From an uncultured candidate division Zixibacteria bacterium (GTDB lineage: Bacteria; Zixibacteria; MSB-5A5; GN15; FEB-12): DNA of 64,000 nt. Where the stretch lies: assembly GCA_963735035.1 (NCBI GenBank), contig CAVTJJ010000006.1, positions 352,001 through 416,000 on the forward strand. The letters are read 5' to 3'. Positions within the stretch are counted from its first letter, which is position 1, and each line of letters begins with the position of its first letter. The translations under genes and the position numbers were made by a program. The notes below the pieces were generated by a model that saw only the letters and a program-made list of their open reading frames with translations, searched no databases and was not told the DNA's origin. Of this stretch, positions 59,519 through 64,000 are shown one piece after another.

Positions 59519-60315
59519 TGGATTTTGGGTTGAAAGGTAAGCGGGCGCTCATCACAGGAGCGTCCGCCGGCCTCGGCGCCGCAGCGGCGCTGACTTTGGC
59601 TGCCGAAGGGGCGCAAGTTATCATCAACGGCCGTGATAGAGCCCGTCTCGAAGCTGCCGCGAAGAAGATTGAAACGGCTACCGGCGTCAAGCCGGGAATC
59701 GCGATAGGTGATGTGGCCAATTCAACCGACCGAGACAAGGTCATCAAAGCCATCAATGACCTGCTGCCGAATGGAAGAATCGATATTCTCGTGTCTAATA
59801 CCGGTGGTCCACCGGCCGGAGCTTTTCTGGACCACACAAGCGAGGTTTGGGACGAGGCCGGAAAACTTCTGCTCGAATCAGCCGTCGGTCTGACCAGAGC
59901 TTTTCTTCCCGGTATGATCGACCAGAAGTGGGGCCGACTGATTTACATAACGTCGGTGGCTGTGCTTCAGCCTATCGATGACCTGATCCTCTCCAACAGC
60001 TACCGGGCGGCCGTGACCGGTTTTAGCAAGACTGTCTCAAATACCTACGCCAAACATGGCATCACGGCGAATTGTGTCTGTCCCGGCTACACCGCGACCG
60101 AACGTCTCATGGGACTCGCTGAAACCCGCGCCAAGGCGGCCGGGATAACTCAGCAACAGGCGTTACAGAGATTTGTCGATGCCGTTCCGGCGGGTCGATT
60201 GGGCAGGCCGGACGAATTGGCTTCGCTGATTACTTTCCTGGCCTCAGACTGCGCCGCTTACATTACCGGCTGCTCAATTCCGGTAGACGGTGGCGTGTAC
60301 CGGGGTCTGGTCTGA
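59518..60315 (+). CDS. SDR family oxidoreductase
   Basis: TGASAGLG, NTGGPP, CPGYTAT, YITG...VDGG. Confidence 0.93.
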   Translation: MDFGLKGKRALITGASAGLGAAAALTLAAEGAQVIINGRDRARLEAAAKKIETATGVKPGIAIGDVANSTDRDKVIKAINDLLPNGRIDILVSNTGGPPAGAFLDHTSEVWDEAGKLLLESAVGLTRAFLPGMIDQKWGRLIYITSVAVLQPIDDLILSNSYRAAVTGFSKTVSNTYAKHGITANCVCPGYTATERLMGLAETRAKAAGITQQQALQRFVDAVPAGRLGRPDELASLITFLASDCAAYITGCSIPVDGGVYRGLV

Positions 60316-60346
60316 TCCGCCGACACAACCCGCACATGGTAAGAGC

Positions 60347-61252
60347 ATGAGTTTCGCCGGTGACAGCGTACCTTCGGGGCCGCGACCTCAGCTCTGGCGC
60401 ATTGTGCTGGCGGTGGCGGTCCTTCAGACGATCGCTGGAGCTTGCTACCCGATAGCAAAGTACGGACTGAGCATAATCGAGCCGTTCACGTTTGCGTTCT
60501 ATCGGTTCCTGATTTCTTCAATAGTGTTGCTGATCTTGTCCTGGTCACGACGCCATGATAAACCTATCGAAAGACAGGATTGGTGGCGCATCGTCTTCTT
60601 AGGCATTTTGGTCATTCCACTGAACCAAACGTTGTTTCTGGTAGGCCAGGCGATGACCGGCGCCGGTCATGGAGCGTTTCTGTTTTCGACAACCCCGGTG
60701 TGGGTATTTCTGTTGGCTGTTATTCACCTGAAAGAGAAAGCCACCTGGCGGAGGGGCGCAGGCATTGTCGTGGCGGTCTCGGGTGTGATCATAATCATGT
60801 GGTCGGGGCTGGCCCATTTCGGCAAGGAGTATCTCATAGGTGACCTGATCATTGTCGTCTCCGTGGTCGCCTGGGGATACTACACGATTCTGGGGCAGAG
60901 CCTGGTGCGGAAGTACGGCGCACTTCGGACCACCGCCTACGCACTCGCGAGCGGCTCGGCCATCTACTTTCCGTTTGGCTTGTACTACGCCATCAAGTTT
61001 GACTATTCAAACACCACCCCGGCGGCCTGGGGATCGGTCGTATATATGGCGATTGGCCTCTCAGTAGTGGTATATGTGCTCTGGTACTGGTTGATAAAGC
61101 ATCTCGAAGTGTCCCGCATTGCCGTCTATCACAACATCCAGCCGATTTGGGCGTCCACTGTGGCGTATATCTTTCTGCACGAATCGCTAACTCCCGTCTT
61201 TCTGGTGGGCGGCGCTTTGGTACTCGTCGGCGTTCTCATCACCGAACTCTGA
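60347..61252 (+). CDS. EamA/DMT family transporter
   Basis: About 10 TMs in two EamA repeats. Confidence 0.9.
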   Translation: MSFAGDSVPSGPRPQLWRIVLAVAVLQTIAGACYPIAKYGLSIIEPFTFAFYRFLISSIVLLILSWSRRHDKPIERQDWWRIVFLGILVIPLNQTLFLVGQAMTGAGHGAFLFSTTPVWVFLLAVIHLKEKATWRRGAGIVVAVSGVIIIMWSGLAHFGKEYLIGDLIIVVSVVAWGYYTILGQSLVRKYGALRTTAYALASGSAIYFPFGLYYAIKFDYSNTTPAAWGSVVYMAIGLSVVVYVLWYWLIKHLEVSRIAVYHNIQPIWASTVAYIFLHESLTPVFLVGGALVLVGVLITEL

Positions 61253-61317
61253 AATACAGTTCGGGCCCACACGCCGTTGCATGCAGGCCCGACACATTCT
61301 GAGCTATCTATCCTATC

Positions 61318-63432
61318 CTATTTAGCCGTAGAGTTGCCCTTATCGCTCGTCCCTACCCGATAGAGCACAAACCCCAGCAGGGCAAAGGGGATGAGCGCGA
61401 ACCAGTCGACCTGGGCCAGATAGCCTAGATAACTTGAACAGTCGATGCTGTCGCTCCAGCCGGCGCCGGTGATGCCGGCTATGATCACGCCCATGATGGT
61501 TCCTCCCGCGATGAAACCGGCCGACATCAACATGCCCGGCGAGAACTCCGCCTCGGCGGCCGAGCTTCGCACTTTCTTTTCGACCAGGATGCGAATCAAT
61601 CCGCCCGCCATGATTGGGGTTGAGGTTGACAGAGGCAGATAGAGCCCCACGGCGAACGGTAGCGCCGAAACACCCACCAGCTCCATCAGCAGTGCCAGCG
61701 AAATTCCTATCAACACTAATCCCCAGGGCAGCTTCTGGGTCAGGATACCGTCAATGATCAAACTGAAAAGCCGCGCTTTCGGCGAATCCAGTTTGGTCAC
61801 CGGCTTGCCGTCGACTTCGGTCACCGTTCCGGCGATACCGGGATCGATGAGATACTTAATCTGGTTGGTTTCGTCCACCAGATATCTTCCGATGAGGACA
61901 TTGCCAACCGGCTCTGTTACATGATGAAGACGGTAAGTCTTGCCATCGGGACCGACCTGGGTGCCGTCGGCAGCCGATGGGGCCGCCACGTACTCTGGAT
62001 AGGTGCGCGGTACTACTGTCGTATAGGCGTTGTTCAGGCCGATCAGGACGAGTCCGATCACCAGGGCGCTGGAGATCACGCCGATCATGATGGCCAATTG
62101 TTGATACTTGGGAGTCCCGCCCACCAGATAGCCGGTCTTCAAATCCTGGCTGATAGTCCCGCCGTTGGAAGCCGCAATGCAGACAATCGCCGCCGTGCAA
62201 AGAGCCATGGCCCGGAATCCCACCCCGGTCCAGCCGACCGCGAGGAAGAGCAGGCAGGTTATCAAGAGTGTGGCGACTGTCATTCCTGAGATCGGGTTCG
62301 ACGATGAACCTATCTCTCCGGTGATGCGACTGGAGACGGTTACGAAGAAGAATCCGAACAGGACGATCAGAATCGCCGAGATCATGTTGATGTGCAGGAT
62401 CGGAGCCAGCCATATCGCTGCGACCAGACCGAGGCTGCCGAAGACGACCACCGACATCGGCAGGTCCTGGTCAGTTCGGGGGAGATTCGCGCGGTTGGTC
62501 TTGCCGGACCGAGATTCGAGAAAGGTCGTGAACCCGCGACGGAAGGCTGAGATAATGGTCGGGAAGGAACGAATCAGACTGATGATACCGCCTGCGGCCA
62601 CCGCGCCCGCGCCTATGTAAAGCACATACGCATTGCGAATCTGTCCCGGGTCCATATCCTTGATAAGGGTGGTCGCGGGGAACAGGGGGGTAGCTAGATG
62701 CTCTCCGAAGATCGTGATCGCCGGGATCAGAATCAGATATGAGAGCATCCCTCCGGCCAGCATGTTGGCCGAGACCTTGGGACCGATGATATATCCCACC
62801 CCCATCAGTTCCGGCGAGATTTCCGCCGAGACCGATGCCCCCTTGAAGAAATTGAGCATCCGCTCCGGAATCTCGGCCCATATCCTCAACCCAACATTGA
62901 CAAACTTGTATACGGCACCCAATCCAAAACCGAGGAAGACCATCTTGGCATTCGTGCCACCCTGTTCACCGACGATCAGCACGTCGGCGCAGGCTGTTCC
63001 TTCGGGATAGGCCAGCTTACCGTGTTCTTTGACGATCAACCCCTGCCGTAGCGGGATCATCATCAGCACGCCCAGAATTCCTCCGAGCAGGGACATTATC
63101 AAAATTGGGAGCAGATCCATTTCCAACCCGAGGAGCAGGAAGACCGGCATCGTAGTGGCGACACCGAAAGCAATCGATTCACCGGCCGAACCGGTTGTCT
63201 GAACGATGTTGTTCTCCAGGATCGTCGCCCGGCCGAGCACCCGGAACAATGTGATGGACAGTACGGCGATGGGAATCGACGCGCTTACGGTCATGCCTAC
63301 TTTCAGGGCGAGATAGACTGAAGAAGCGGCGAAGATGATGCCCAGGATAGCGCCGATGGCGACCGCTCTGAAGGTGAACTCCCGGGGGCTTTCGGACGCG
63401 GGGATATAGGGCTTGAAATCAGAATGTGACAT
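61318..63432 (-). CDS. OPT family oligopeptide transporter
   Basis: YLALKVGMTVSASIP, ENNIVQT, YPEGTAC, SSNPISG, QDLKTG, FAVGLYLP. Confidence 0.95.
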   Translation of the reverse strand: MSHSDFKPYIPASESPREFTFRAVAIGAILGIIFAASSVYLALKVGMTVSASIPIAVLSITLFRVLGRATILENNIVQTTGSAGESIAFGVATTMPVFLLLGLEMDLLPILIMSLLGGILGVLMMIPLRQGLIVKEHGKLAYPEGTACADVLIVGEQGGTNAKMVFLGFGLGAVYKFVNVGLRIWAEIPERMLNFFKGASVSAEISPELMGVGYIIGPKVSANMLAGGMLSYLILIPAITIFGEHLATPLFPATTLIKDMDPGQIRNAYVLYIGAGAVAAGGIISLIRSFPTIISAFRRGFTTFLESRSGKTNRANLPRTDQDLPMSVVVFGSLGLVAAIWLAPILHINMISAILIVLFGFFFVTVSSRITGEIGSSSNPISGMTVATLLITCLLFLAVGWTGVGFRAMALCTAAIVCIAASNGGTISQDLKTGYLVGGTPKYQQLAIMIGVISSALVIGLVLIGLNNAYTTVVPRTYPEYVAAPSAADGTQVGPDGKTYRLHHVTEPVGNVLIGRYLVDETNQIKYLIDPGIAGTVTEVDGKPVTKLDSPKARLFSLIIDGILTQKLPWGLVLIGISLALLMELVGVSALPFAVGLYLPLSTSTPIMAGGLIRILVEKKVRSSAAEAEFSPGMLMSAGFIAGGTIMGVIIAGITGAGWSDSIDCSSYLGYLAQVDWFALIPFALLGFVLYRVGTSDKGNSTAK

Positions 63433-63735
63433 ACCACCTGCTCTGGTCGTGGGGTTGCCGGAATTTTGAGGTTAGTATGCCTAAAAGGGCCGTTCGGGGC
63501 AACCATTAACCGCTTCCATGGTCCAGGATGGCCGGTTTCGGATCGCACTATATGCGCCGAAGGGCCGAAAAACGCCTCAATCTGGAACTGCAAGCTTGGA
63601 AAAGTGTTACATGATATAGGAAGGCGCTTGCAGCAGTGATGGCTTTGGACGAGGCCATGCGGTTGATTTGCAGCCTTTGGACGAGTCTTTATGCCACAGT
63701 TAAACAATTGGCCTACAATTGATAACAGAAATTAC

Positions 63736-63765
63736 TTGACATAATTGGGTTGTGGGCGTTAGATT
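63736..63765 (+). promoter_or_regulatory. sigma70-like promoter
   Basis: TTGACA-N18-TAGATT upstream of the partial gene at 63941. Confidence 0.35.
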
Positions 63766-63940
63766 TGTTTGGGACGTCAGTTAGGTAATCGTTTTCCTTC
63801 ACCCCGGTTGCTGTAAAAAAGGTAGGACTTATTTTGACGCAATTTTGGAAATCGATTGCGGCGGGAAACGGTTGCCGACGAGCAGAAGATTGCGAATCGG
63901 TCAACTACAACAACAACCTTTTCAACCCTGAGGGGGTGAA

Positions 63941-64000
63941 ATGACGTTGAAACATTACAAGACACTGACGGTGATCGTCGCTATCGCGATGCTGCCGGCT
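63941..64000 (+). CDS. Start of a secreted protein (partial)
   Basis: GAGGGGG RBS then MTLKHYKTLTVIVAIAMLPA, signal-peptide-like; runs off the window. Confidence 0.6.
   Translation, partial: MTLKHYKTLTVIVAIAMLPA

Overview
64 kb of a moderately GC-rich bacterial chromosome made up mostly of housekeeping and envelope genes. Secreted proteins with C-terminal dockerin-like domains, GWxTD proteins and Bacteroidetes-like TonB/ExbBD suggest an FCB-related lineage such as Zixibacteria (inference only). Contents: S9, M1, M17 and M20 peptidases; a TPR-exbB-exbD-exbD-tonB-tonB cluster; a Zn-ribbon + Ski2/Hel308-like helicase unit; csp; a divergent lon; miaB; an atypical signalling pair (GAF/REC + HDOD); aroC; PFOR (nifJ); dcd; Rrf2; cobO; trxB; a TolC-MacAB-type exporter with three permeases; two GWxTD proteins; two DUF1573 proteins; ABC, SDR, DMT and OPT genes. 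No rRNA, tRNA, CRISPR array, integrase or transposase was recognised. Best finding: an exported DUF1573 protein (54152-54907, -) whose in-frame TGA sits at the first Cys of the CGC motif seen in its neighbouring paralog and is followed after 10 nt by a SECIS-like hairpin, i.e. a probable selenoprotein that ORF callers split in two. Also notable: a helicase unit behind a near-consensus sigma70 promoter occluded by a LexA-box-like palindrome, with a possible nested wHTH gene; a Lon with degenerate ATPase motifs; a His-less pseudo-kinase next to an HDOD protein carrying an H-box; and REP-like palindromic clusters. Seven +1 frameshifts look like sequencing errors.
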